Shown here: piece after piece, positions 1 to 6,904 of the stretch
Numbering within the stretch: position 1 is the stretch's first letter
Layout of the letters: each line of letters opens with the position of its first letter
Assembly (NCBI GenBank): GCA_049583715.1
Contig: JBAUWJ010000152.1
Coordinates: 30-64,029, forward strand
DNA: 64,000 nt
From: Arenicellales bacterium
GTDB lineage: Bacteria > Pseudomonadota > Gammaproteobacteria > Arenicellales > JAANXG01
Reading direction: 5' to 3'
The notes under the pieces: model-generated
Databases searched by the model: none
Seen by the model: the letters and a program-made list of their open reading frames with translations, nothing else
What the model was told of the DNA's origin: nothing
Translations under genes and position numbers: made by a program

Positions 1-238
1 CATAGGTCATATCGGCAGGCATCTCGAAAGGCACGACATCCAGCGCGCCGAGCACCGCTTCGAGCTGCGCGGTCAGGCGCTGCGACCCCTTCTTCTCAGC
101 CCCGTAACGTAATTCAGCCGCGACGATGATGCTGGTGCAGACCTGCGCCTCGCCGACCCTGCGGATGTGCTCCACGACGCTGCCCTGCGGGTGGCGAACC
201 AGATCGGAGACGATGTTGGTATCGAGCAGGTACCGCAT
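1..238 (-). CDS. vapC: VapC-type PIN-domain toxin, N-terminal part only (gene runs off the left edge)
   Basis: Reverse translation from ATG 238-236 gives MRYLLDTNIVSDLVRHPQGSVVEHIRRVGEAQVCTSIIVAAELRYGAEKKGSQRL..., a typical VapC/FitB N-terminus. Its start overlaps the vapB stop (TGATG). It is absent from the ORF track because no stop lies in the window. Confidence 0.8.
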   Translation of the reverse strand, partial: MRYLLDTNIVSDLVRHPQGSVVEHIRRVGEAQVCTSIIVAAELRYGAEKKGSQRLTAQLEAVLGALDVVPFEMPADMTY

Positions 239-483
239 CAAAGCTCGACGGGCTCGGGATGCGGGTCCGGGATCGCTGGAAAATCTTCATCGAGCGGCGC
301 CAAGGTTGCCAGCAGCGCCAGCAGAGACTGGGGCGGGCTGGGCTCGATGATCAGCCTGTCCCCATCCTTGCGCATGATTGCGTCCTCACCCGGAAGCTCA
401 AACTCACGAGGAATACGGACGGCCTGGTTCCGGCCATTCTTGAAAAGCTTGACGTGTCGTTCGGGCACTGTGACTGGCCTCAT
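238..483 (-). CDS. vapB: VapB antitoxin, AbrB/SpoVT-type DNA-binding fold
   Basis: The 81-aa ORF MRPVTVPERHVKLFKNGRNQAVRIPREFELPG... matches the swapped-hairpin AbrB-like antitoxin pattern. It sits directly upstream of the PIN gene and overlaps it. Confidence 0.8.
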   Translation of the reverse strand: MRPVTVPERHVKLFKNGRNQAVRIPREFELPGEDAIMRKDGDRLIIEPSPPQSLLALLATLAPLDEDFPAIPDPHPEPVEL

Positions 484-486
484 GCG

Positions 487-506
487 GCATATGTCTAAGC
501 ATATGC
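487..506 (-). promoter_or_regulatory. Possible vapBC operator: tandem GCATATG / GCATATGC palindromes 12 bp apart, just upstream of the vapB ATG
   Basis: GCATATG at 487-493 and GCATATGC at 499-506, each containing the CATATG palindrome. Position fits an autoregulated TA promoter. No clear -35/-10 could be assigned. Confidence 0.3.
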
Positions 507-746
507 TAAATGAGATCCCCTGTCCACCGCTTCACTCAACAAGACTCTCGGTCGGCACGCGCCTGCCCTGCTTCACGTCTTACGCGCTTGAGGCGCCGAC
601 CCCCACCGCCGCACGGCCGCATCCTACGCAGTCGCCACCGCATCAAGCAGAGCGGATACGAGTTATCGTGTTGGCGCGCGGCGCCTCACCTGGGCCAATC
701 AAGTCCTTCTCGGTTTCCAGCATCCGCCACAACCGCGTAAAATCCA

Positions 747-3269
747 GTGCTATTCCCTGACCGGAGCCCTGACTTGGTGTGGCAGGGCGCCCTTCGAAAC
801 CGGCACCATACGATAGCCAACCCCGACGATATCCTTCGACAGATTGCAACCCTGAGGGGCCGGCTGTCTGCACTCGATCGGGAACGGACGATGATCGCCG
901 AGGAATTGGCCGCGCTTGAACGCAGGCAAACAGAGAGGATGAAACGTCGGGGCAATACCGTTGGGAGCGTCACCATGGCCTCCCCCACCGACGCGAAGAT
1001 CGCGCTTTACCGCAGCCTCTTTCGCGGACGTCAGGATGTAGTGCCCCGTCGGTGGGAAAACCCAAGAACTGGGAAGACAGGCTACGCGCCCATGTGCCGG
1101 AACGAATGGGTCGCGGGAGTCTGCCGAAAGCCCAAGGTGAAGTGCGGGGAGTGCCCAAACCAGGCGTTTATCCCTACCAGCGACGATGTTGTCCGGGCCC
1201 ATCTTGCAGGAAAGGCCTCCGGCAACACGGCCGATTTCACGCTTGGCGTCTACCCAATGCTGCCGGACGAGACATGCTGGTTTCTCGCCGTCGATTTCGA
1301 CAAGAAGTCGTGGATACAGGACGTCGCGGCATTCCGCGACACCGCGCGGGCCAAGGGTGTGCCCGTCGCCATCGAACGGTCACGCTCGGGCAATGGTGCT
1401 CATGTCTGGATCTTTTTCGCCGAGCCGGTACCGGCTACAGACGCAAGGCGCCTCGGTGCACTTCTTGTCACGGCAACGATGAATCGCTGCCCCGATATCG
1501 GCTTCGATTCGTATGATCGGTTCTTTCCGAGCCAGGACACACTGCCAGAGGGCGGTTTCGGCAATCTGATCGCTTTGCCGCTGCAAAGCCAACCTCGTGT
1601 CAATGGTAACAGCGTCTTCCTCGATGACGATTTCCTCCCCTATGAAGATCAGTGGGCGTATCTGTCAACGGTCGATCGGCTACCGTCTGCCGCGCTGACC
1701 TCCATCGTGGCCGAGGCTGCCGGTACCGGACAGATTGTGGCCGTTCGGATTCCCTCCACTGGAGAAGACGACCAGTCTTGGATGGGGCTGCCGTCCCGCC
1801 ACGGCAGGGAACCACCGCTCGATGGCGAGCTTCCCGGTTCGGTCGATGTCGTGCTGGGCAACCAGGTCTACATCGACCGAACGAAGCTACCGCCGGCCCT
1901 CGTGAACCGGATTGCACGGCTGGCCACCTTCCAGAACCCCGAGTTCTATGCGGCGCAGGCCATGCGCCTACCGACTTTCGGTAAGCCGCGCGTCATCTCC
2001 TGTGCCGAGTTGTATCCCAAACATGTCGCCCTGCCAAGGGGATGCATCGATGAGCTTCGGAATCTTCTCGGTGAGTGGGGCATTGCCGTCGAGCTGCGCG
2101 ACGAACGCCAACCTGGACTGCCCCTCGGCACACGTTTTCTCGGTAGTCTGACCCCGGAACAGAATGAAGCGGCGAATACCCTTCTCCAGTCTGAAACCGG
2201 GGTGCTCGCGGCGACCACGGCATTCGGCAAGACCGTTGTTGCCGCGAAACTGATTGCGGAGCGGGATCGAAATGTCCTGGTCCTCGTCCATCGCCGGCGC
2301 CTTCTCGATCAATGGTCGGCGCACTTACAGAACTTTCTGGATATTGCGCCGCATAGGCTTGGGGTCGTTCATGGCGGAAAGAGGAAGCCGAGCGGCCACG
2401 TCGACATTGCTCTCATGCAGAGTTTGATACGGAAAGGCGCCGTGGCCGACCTTGTCGCCGACTATGGGCACCTCATCGTCGATGAATGCCATCACGTGTC
2501 CGCCGTGAGCTTCGAAGCCATCGTCCGAGAGGCCAGGGCCCGATACGTGCTCGGCCTGTCTGCCACGGTGACGCGCAAGGACGGCCGCCATCCCATCATC
2601 TTCATGCAATGCGGCCCGATCCGCCATCGTGTCGACGCCAGGAAACAGGCAGCTCTTCGTCCCTTCGACCACAAGGTCGTGTTCCGGCGGACCGAGTTCC
2701 GGTACGTCCCGAACGATGACAATGAAAGGCCGCGGATCCAGGAGCTCTACGCAAAGCTCGCCCGAGATGGCGAACGGAACGATCTCATCTTCGATGACAT
2801 CCTGTCGGCCCTCGAAGAGGGTCGTTCGCCTGTGGTCATCACCGAACGCAAGGATCATCTCGATCAGCTGGCCGCACGTCTGTCGAAATTTGCAAAGAAC
2901 GTCATCGTTCTGCGGGGTGGAATGAGCACACGGCAGTCACGGATGGCAACCGAGGCTTTGGCCACAATCCCGGCCGGTGAAGAGCGCGTTCTGGTGGCGA
3001 CGGGTCGTTATCTCGGTGAGGGCTTCGATGATGCGCGGCTCGATACCCTGTTTTTGACCATGCCGATTTCCTGGCGCGGAATCCTTGCGCAGTATGCCGG
3101 CCGGCTGCACCGGTTGCACGCGACCAAACACGATGTCGTCATTTACGACTATGTGGATGAAAACGAGCCGATGCTGGCAAAGATGGCGGCCAAGAGAGAG
3201 GCCGGATATCGCAGCCTTGGGTACCGAACAGCATCGAAGGAGGAGTTTGGGAACCGCAAGAGCAAATAA
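747..3269 (+). CDS. Archaeo-eukaryotic primase (Prim-Pol)-like domain fused to an SF2 DEAD/DEAH-type helicase (840 aa)
   Basis: N-terminal coiled coil, then Cys cluster C117-x8-C126-x6-C133-x2-C136. AEP motifs: AVDFD (aa 181-185), SGNGAHVW (aa 214-221), GFGNLIALPLQ. Helicase motifs: I AFGKT (K495), II DECH (aa 579-582), III SAT, VI QYAGRLHR. The start is uncertain: M1 at 747, or M49 at 891. Confidence 0.85.
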   Translation: MLFPDRSPDLVWQGALRNRHHTIANPDDILRQIATLRGRLSALDRERTMIAEELAALERRQTERMKRRGNTVGSVTMASPTDAKIALYRSLFRGRQDVVPRRWENPRTGKTGYAPMCRNEWVAGVCRKPKVKCGECPNQAFIPTSDDVVRAHLAGKASGNTADFTLGVYPMLPDETCWFLAVDFDKKSWIQDVAAFRDTARAKGVPVAIERSRSGNGAHVWIFFAEPVPATDARRLGALLVTATMNRCPDIGFDSYDRFFPSQDTLPEGGFGNLIALPLQSQPRVNGNSVFLDDDFLPYEDQWAYLSTVDRLPSAALTSIVAEAAGTGQIVAVRIPSTGEDDQSWMGLPSRHGREPPLDGELPGSVDVVLGNQVYIDRTKLPPALVNRIARLATFQNPEFYAAQAMRLPTFGKPRVISCAELYPKHVALPRGCIDELRNLLGEWGIAVELRDERQPGLPLGTRFLGSLTPEQNEAANTLLQSETGVLAATTAFGKTVVAAKLIAERDRNVLVLVHRRRLLDQWSAHLQNFLDIAPHRLGVVHGGKRKPSGHVDIALMQSLIRKGAVADLVADYGHLIVDECHHVSAVSFEAIVREARARYVLGLSATVTRKDGRHPIIFMQCGPIRHRVDARKQAALRPFDHKVVFRRTEFRYVPNDDNERPRIQELYAKLARDGERNDLIFDDILSALEEGRSPVVITERKDHLDQLAARLSKFAKNVIVLRGGMSTRQSRMATEALATIPAGEERVLVATGRYLGEGFDDARLDTLFLTMPISWRGILAQYAGRLHRLHATKHDVVIYDYVDENEPMLAKMAAKREAGYRSLGYRTASKEEFGNRKSK

Positions 3270-3527
3270 TCCTTGAAGCACTCTTCCGCGTCGAAAGGCG
3301 TGTCAATTGAAGAACACCCCTAATCCGGAGCCAGCCCAAGCCGATCCTGGTAAACCGGAGCTTCGTGGTCCGAGCGTTGTGCCTATTCCGTTTGGGGTGC
3401 CGAGTCATTCTTTAAAAGCCGCCCCGAGCACGCCGACGCCGACGTCGAATGGTGTTTCGCCGCTTTCGCACATCCACCCGGGACGAAATGTGCTACACTT
3501 TGTGGGCACTTCATTTGGGTGAAGAGG

Positions 3528-3860
3528 ATGGAAGACTTCGATGTTTTTTCGGTACGGGATCTCAGAAACCGTTCTGGCGATCTGTTGCGGGATGCGGCAG
3601 CCGGCAAGGTCTCGTTGATCACCAAGCGCGGCACGCCTGCCATCCTGGCGTTACCGTTCGACGAGCACCTGCTCCGCCACGGCGTACATCGGGCGCTGGC
3701 GCTACATCTTTTCGAGTCCGGTCGGATGACCCTCACACAAGCAGCCAAGGTTGCCGACCTGTCCGTCGAGGAATTCGTAGCGCTGCTCGGTGAAGCCGGG
3801 ATACCCGCCGTCGACTATGCGCCCGAGGAGTTGAGGGAGGAGCTGGATACCGCTCGGTGA
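3528..3860 (+). CDS. Two-domain antitoxin: Phd/YefM-like N-terminus fused to a UPF0175-like C-terminus
   Basis: MEDFDVFSVRDLRNRSGDLLRDAAAGKVSLITKRGTPAILALP resembles Phd/YefM. LFESGRMTLTQAAKVADLSVEEFVALLGEAGIP resembles UPF0175. I prefer ATG 3528, which follows GAAGAGGA, over the track's GTG 3519. The stop overlaps the next gene's start (GTGATG). Confidence 0.7.
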   Translation: MEDFDVFSVRDLRNRSGDLLRDAAAGKVSLITKRGTPAILALPFDEHLLRHGVHRALALHLFESGRMTLTQAAKVADLSVEEFVALLGEAGIPAVDYAPEELREELDTAR

Positions 3861-4366
3861 TGGGTATCATTGTCGCCGATGCCAGCCCGCTGATCGGTCT
3901 GGCCAGAGCGGGCCGCCTCGAGCTCCTTCAAAGGCTCTATGGCTCGGTATGGATCCCTCCCGCTGTCCGTGATGAACTTCAAATCGGTTCACAACGCCCC
4001 GGCGCTTCGCGGCTCGAAAGCGCTTTGACGTCGGGTTGGCTCAAGGTCCACGGGCTTCCCGGATCGACTGACACCACCCTGACGCAACTCGCTCCTATCG
4101 TCGATGCCGGAGAAGCCGAGGCGATCGTGCTTGCGGAGCACATTGATTGTCGATTTCTACTGATCGACGACAGGCAAGGAAGAAGCATCGCGAAACGCCG
4201 GGGTGTGCCGGTTGTCGGTGTCGCGGGCATCTTGCTGGCGGCAAAGTATCACGGATTGATCGATGCCGTTTTACCGGTCATCCGTGAACTGGGGCAGGAA
4301 GGTTACCGATTGTCGTCCAGGCTCATGCGTGAGATCGCCAGACTAGCCGATGAAACGATGGAATGA
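3857..4366 (+). CDS. PIN-like nuclease, DUF3368-type (predicted toxin partner of UPF0175 antitoxins)
   Basis: IVADASPLIGLARAGRLELL..., DAGEAEAIVLA and LLIDDRQGR provide the conserved acidic residues of DUF3368/PIN proteins. The gene is translationally coupled to the upstream antitoxin. Confidence 0.75.
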   Translation: MMGIIVADASPLIGLARAGRLELLQRLYGSVWIPPAVRDELQIGSQRPGASRLESALTSGWLKVHGLPGSTDTTLTQLAPIVDAGEAEAIVLAEHIDCRFLLIDDRQGRSIAKRRGVPVVGVAGILLAAKYHGLIDAVLPVIRELGQEGYRLSSRLMREIARLADETME

Positions 4367-4710
4367 CCTCCACCAGGACTCGCTTCGGGAGGACGTTCGC
4401 CTCGAATAGATTACAACGGGAAGGAGTATTGTGCGATGAGAGCCTCGCGCTTCCGACGTGCGGTTCTACCGAGCCTTGCTGGACGCATCTGGGAAGACCT
4501 GTCATCTCTTTCCAGGTGGTGAGTCTCTATGCAACTGGAGCTGAACATGATCCCCCACCATATGCGCGAGCGTACCCGCGCGACTCTCATCAGGTCATTC
4601 GTGATCCGATCGCGCAAAGGATTTCTGATCGCGCTACCACGTACCAGACACCGGACTCAAGGACCGCATGCGATCAACACACATCACGCCCACTCGAACT
4701 GACATGATAA

Positions 4711-4731
4711 TGCCCGGGGCCGGACTCGAAC
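4711..4731. repeat. 21-nt exact direct repeat of the tRNA-Leu 3' end (att-like island junction)
   Basis: TGCCCGGGGCCGGACTCGAAC at 4711-4731 is identical to 6434-6454, the 3' acceptor/T-arm of tRNA-Leu read on the plus strand. Confidence 0.8.
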
Positions 4732-5180
4732 TCTGTTCTTCATCAACTACTTACATAGGCTTGGCGTAAAGTTGGCGTAAGTGATAGAACGTTGACAGAG
4801 AGGCACGCGCGCCACAGTCCTGGACCAGGGACGCACCGGTGACTACGTCAACATCTTCATTTCTACCCCAATCGTGGATCCAGTCCCTGCGCACTTCGCC
4901 CCTCCAGCGTGACGTTGGAACAACTGTCGGGCTGAAGCCCAACCTGTGCTCTCCGCCAAGGCGGCTTCGATCATCGCCTTCTGATCAGCGGCAAGCTTTC
5001 CGGAAAGCGACCGGGTTTGAGGGGACACTTCCACCGGCGGCATAGCGATGAACGAAGTACTCTTCACCCAGGAGTGGGACTGCCGGGCTCCAAGGCAACT
5101 GGTGGAGTGCCCGAAGAGGGGCCAGGGAGGCCGGGCGCTCCCGGCCGATGCCCCTTACGCTGGTTCCGGAGCCACCATAG

Positions 5181-5225
5181 ATGTCAATACAGATGTATTG
5201 ACATTCGCGAGAACCTGCTTAAGAT
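5181..5225 (+). promoter_or_regulatory. Sigma70-like promoter with an overlapping perfect inverted repeat (putative operator) for the RHH/NTase operon
   Basis: IR ATGTCAATAC-agat-GTATTGACAT at 5181-5204. TTGACA at 5198-5203, 16-nt spacer, TAAGAT at 5220-5225. The ATG at 5232 lies about 7 nt after the -10, which suggests a leaderless mRNA. Confidence 0.45.
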
Positions 5226-5231
5226 TGCGCC

Positions 5232-5729
5232 ATGGCCCGTGACCTGAAAACTACGCAGCTTCAGATCCGTCTGTCACCGCGTGAGAAGACCCGTATTGCC
5301 AGAGCCGCCAAATGCGCCGGTCTGGATGTGTCCGCCTATGTTCTGGGCCGGCTCCGGGAGCCCGCCGCGGAGAGATTTCAAGCATTGGTCAGCGAGCTGG
5401 CGACCGCCCCGGACCCAACTTTCGTCCTCGCCACCCTCAACGACTTCCTGGAGACTCTGGCGCCCGAAGACTTTCAAGCCGCCTGCGCACAGTCGCCGGC
5501 GCATTCACTGAACCCGCTCGCCGCCAATTATCTTGCCGCCATGGTCGAAACAGCCGCGCACCGCAAGCGCCGGCGCCCGCCCTCCTGGACCGCCCGCATC
5601 GAGCCTCTGGACGAGCCATGGTTTGCGTCTGGACTGCGGAGTCTCCGCCTCTGGCTGCTGGTGGTGTCGCCGCCGCCGTTCAAGCGGCGCAACCTATTCA
5701 TAGATGCCGGCCTGGGGGATCGGGTATGA
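5232..5729 (+). CDS. Ribbon-helix-helix (CopG/MobC-like) N-terminal domain protein with an uncharacterised C-terminal domain; putative antitoxin/regulator
   Basis: LQIRLSPREKTRIARAAKCAGLDVSAYVLGRL is a typical RHH segment. Its stop overlaps the next gene's ATG (ATGA at 5726-5729). Confidence 0.6.
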   Translation: MARDLKTTQLQIRLSPREKTRIARAAKCAGLDVSAYVLGRLREPAAERFQALVSELATAPDPTFVLATLNDFLETLAPEDFQAACAQSPAHSLNPLAANYLAAMVETAAHRKRRRPPSWTARIEPLDEPWFASGLRSLRLWLLVVSPPPFKRRNLFIDAGLGDRV

Positions 5730-6259
5730 CGGTTGCGCTGACCCGCGATAAAATCACAAAGCTTTTCCACGCGCTCAACGAGGAGCTCGCCCAGCAAGGG
5801 ATTTCGGGCGAAGTCTATGTGGTCGGTGGAGCTGTGATGTGCCTGGCAATGAAGGCACGGCAATCTACGCGTGATATCGACGCAGTCTTCGCCCCTGCCC
5901 CGGTAATCCGGGAAGCCGCCGCGCGCGTCGCGGAAGCGCTGCATGCCGACAAGGGCTGGTTGAACGATGCCGTAAAGGGATTTCTGAGCGATGCGGGACA
6001 GTTCCAAGACTATCTGGAACTGAGTCACCTGCGCGTGCTCGTCGCCCAGCCCGAGTACCTGCTGGCCATGAAGTGCCTCTCGATGCGCTTGGGCGCGGAA
6101 TTTCAGGATGAGCGGGACATTCAATTCCTGCTGCGTTACCTCAACATTGACGCCTACGACCAGGCAGTTGCCATCATCTCGAAGTACTACCCCCTCGAAC
6201 GCTTCCCTCAAAAGACACTGTACGCGTTGGAGGAGATGCTCACGCCAAAGGCACGATAA
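5726..6259 (+). CDS. Small nucleotidyltransferase-fold protein (MNT/AbiEii/DUF6036-like), putative toxin or effector
   Basis: The 177-aa protein starts MTVALTRDKITKLFHALNEEL and has the NTase signature YVVGGAVMCLAMKARQSTRDIDAVF (GG...[ST]xDxD). Only the 3' part of track ORF 5312-6259 is credible. Confidence 0.65.
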   Translation: MTVALTRDKITKLFHALNEELAQQGISGEVYVVGGAVMCLAMKARQSTRDIDAVFAPAPVIREAAARVAEALHADKGWLNDAVKGFLSDAGQFQDYLELSHLRVLVAQPEYLLAMKCLSMRLGAEFQDERDIQFLLRYLNIDAYDQAVAIISKYYPLERFPQKTLYALEEMLTPKAR

Positions 6260-6346
6260 CGGCACGACGGCTCCTCCCGCTTGCACATGAGCGTGCTCAA
6301 CCCGGCTGAATTCACGGCAGAAGTCTACATAAGACTCTCGGTCAAC

Positions 6347-6403
6347 ATCCTGTATTGCTTCGCTTCGCTCGCAACGACGGTGACACAATTAACCAGAGTT
6401 TCC
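6347..6403. repeat. Half copy of repeat family C
   Basis: ATCCTGTATTGCTTCGCTTCGCTCGCAACGACGGTGACACAATTAACCAGAGTTTCC matches the right arm of the full elements at 17425-17555 and 59876-59995. Confidence 0.7.
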
Positions 6404-6433
6404 CTAAAGTACGAGTCGCCGAATTTAGTAATT

Positions 6434-6766
6434 GTGCCCGGGGCCGGACTCGAACCGGCACGGCCTTACGGCCAGCGGATTTTACTTGCCCACTACAGCT
6501 TTTGCTGCCCGCCGGAGGACCGGCGGTTTGGGGTCTGGACTATCTCTTTGCCCTATGCGGGCTCGTCGCCGCGCACTTAGGCAGGGGCCGTCTAGTCTCT
6601 ACACTTTCCCCGATCGTGGACCACATCCCACGCATGAGGCTTAGCTCGGGATTGCCATCAGCTTGACCTGTTAAGGGTTCCCCGAATTTGACCCCTGACT
6701 CACCACGGGTTTCCCCGTGGCGGACCCGAACCGAGTCCGCTGCGTCTACCTGTTCCGCCACCCGGG
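6434..6766 (-). tRNA. tRNA-Leu(UAA), interrupted in the anticodon loop by a group I intron (exons 6766-6733 and 6483-6434)
   Basis: Joined exons give GCCCGGGTGGCGGAACAGGTAGACGCAGCGGACT + TAAAATCCGCTGGCCGTAAGGCCGTGCCGGTTCGAGTCCGGCCCCGGGCA, 84 nt. This is a class II tRNA with a long variable arm, acceptor GCCCGGG/CCCGGGC and anticodon loop CUUAAAA. CCA is not encoded. Confidence 0.9.
6484..6732 (-). ncRNA. Group I intron (IC3-like, tRNA-intron type), 249 nt, no internal ORF
   Basis: P1 pairs GCGGACU(CG) with (CG)GGUCCGC, with a U-G wobble at the 5' splice site. The last intron nucleotide is G (6484). R-like GUGUAGAGACUAGACGG (plus 6587-6603), S-like AAAGAGAUAGUCCAG (plus 6534-6548) and Q-like GGCAAUCCCGAGC are present. 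It resembles my recollection of the Anabaena tRNA-Leu intron. Confidence 0.85.
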
Positions 6767-6830
6767 CAGTCGCGAGGCAAGCTTAAGGTCTTTGGAGGGT
6801 GTTTGCAAAACAAGGGGGGAACAGGGAACC

Positions 6831-6904
6831 TGGAGGCTGGGCCCGGAATCGAACCGAGGTCCGCGGATTTGCAGTCCGCTGCATAACCACTCTGCCACCC
6901 AGCC
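6831..6904 (-). tRNA. tRNA-Cys(GCA)
   Basis: GGCTGGGTGGCAGAGTGGTTATGCAGCGGACTGCAAATCCGCGGACCTCGGTTCGATTCCGGGCCCAGCCTCCA folds as a cloverleaf. Anticodon loop CUGCAAA; CCA is encoded. Confidence 0.95.

Noticed and set aside
4751-5067. Two short overlapping minus-strand ORFs between the att repeat and the RHH gene. One (..AMIEAALAESTG...GAKCAGTGSTIGVEMK) faintly resembles a Fis-type HTH tail. I also looked here and at 4363-4707 for an integrase remnant.
   Set aside because: The similarity is weak and needs frameshifts. I found no R-H-R-Y recombinase motifs in any frame. I treat this as decayed non-coding DNA.
5312-5725. The 5' two-thirds of the 315-aa track ORF 5312-6259.
   Set aside because: It overlaps the RHH gene in another frame and is Arg/Pro/Gly-rich. 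The credible NTase gene starts at ATG 5726, coupled to the RHH stop.
6281-6761. I first suspected tmRNA (ssrA) here because of the tRNA-like 3' end and the long structured insert. Track ORFs 6281-6580, 6355-6666, 6432-6644 and 6540-6761 also lie here.
   Set aside because: The two ends form a complete tRNA-Leu including an anticodon arm. There is no tag-peptide reading frame or resume codon context, and the insert has group I core motifs. The ORFs overlap structured RNA and repeat C.
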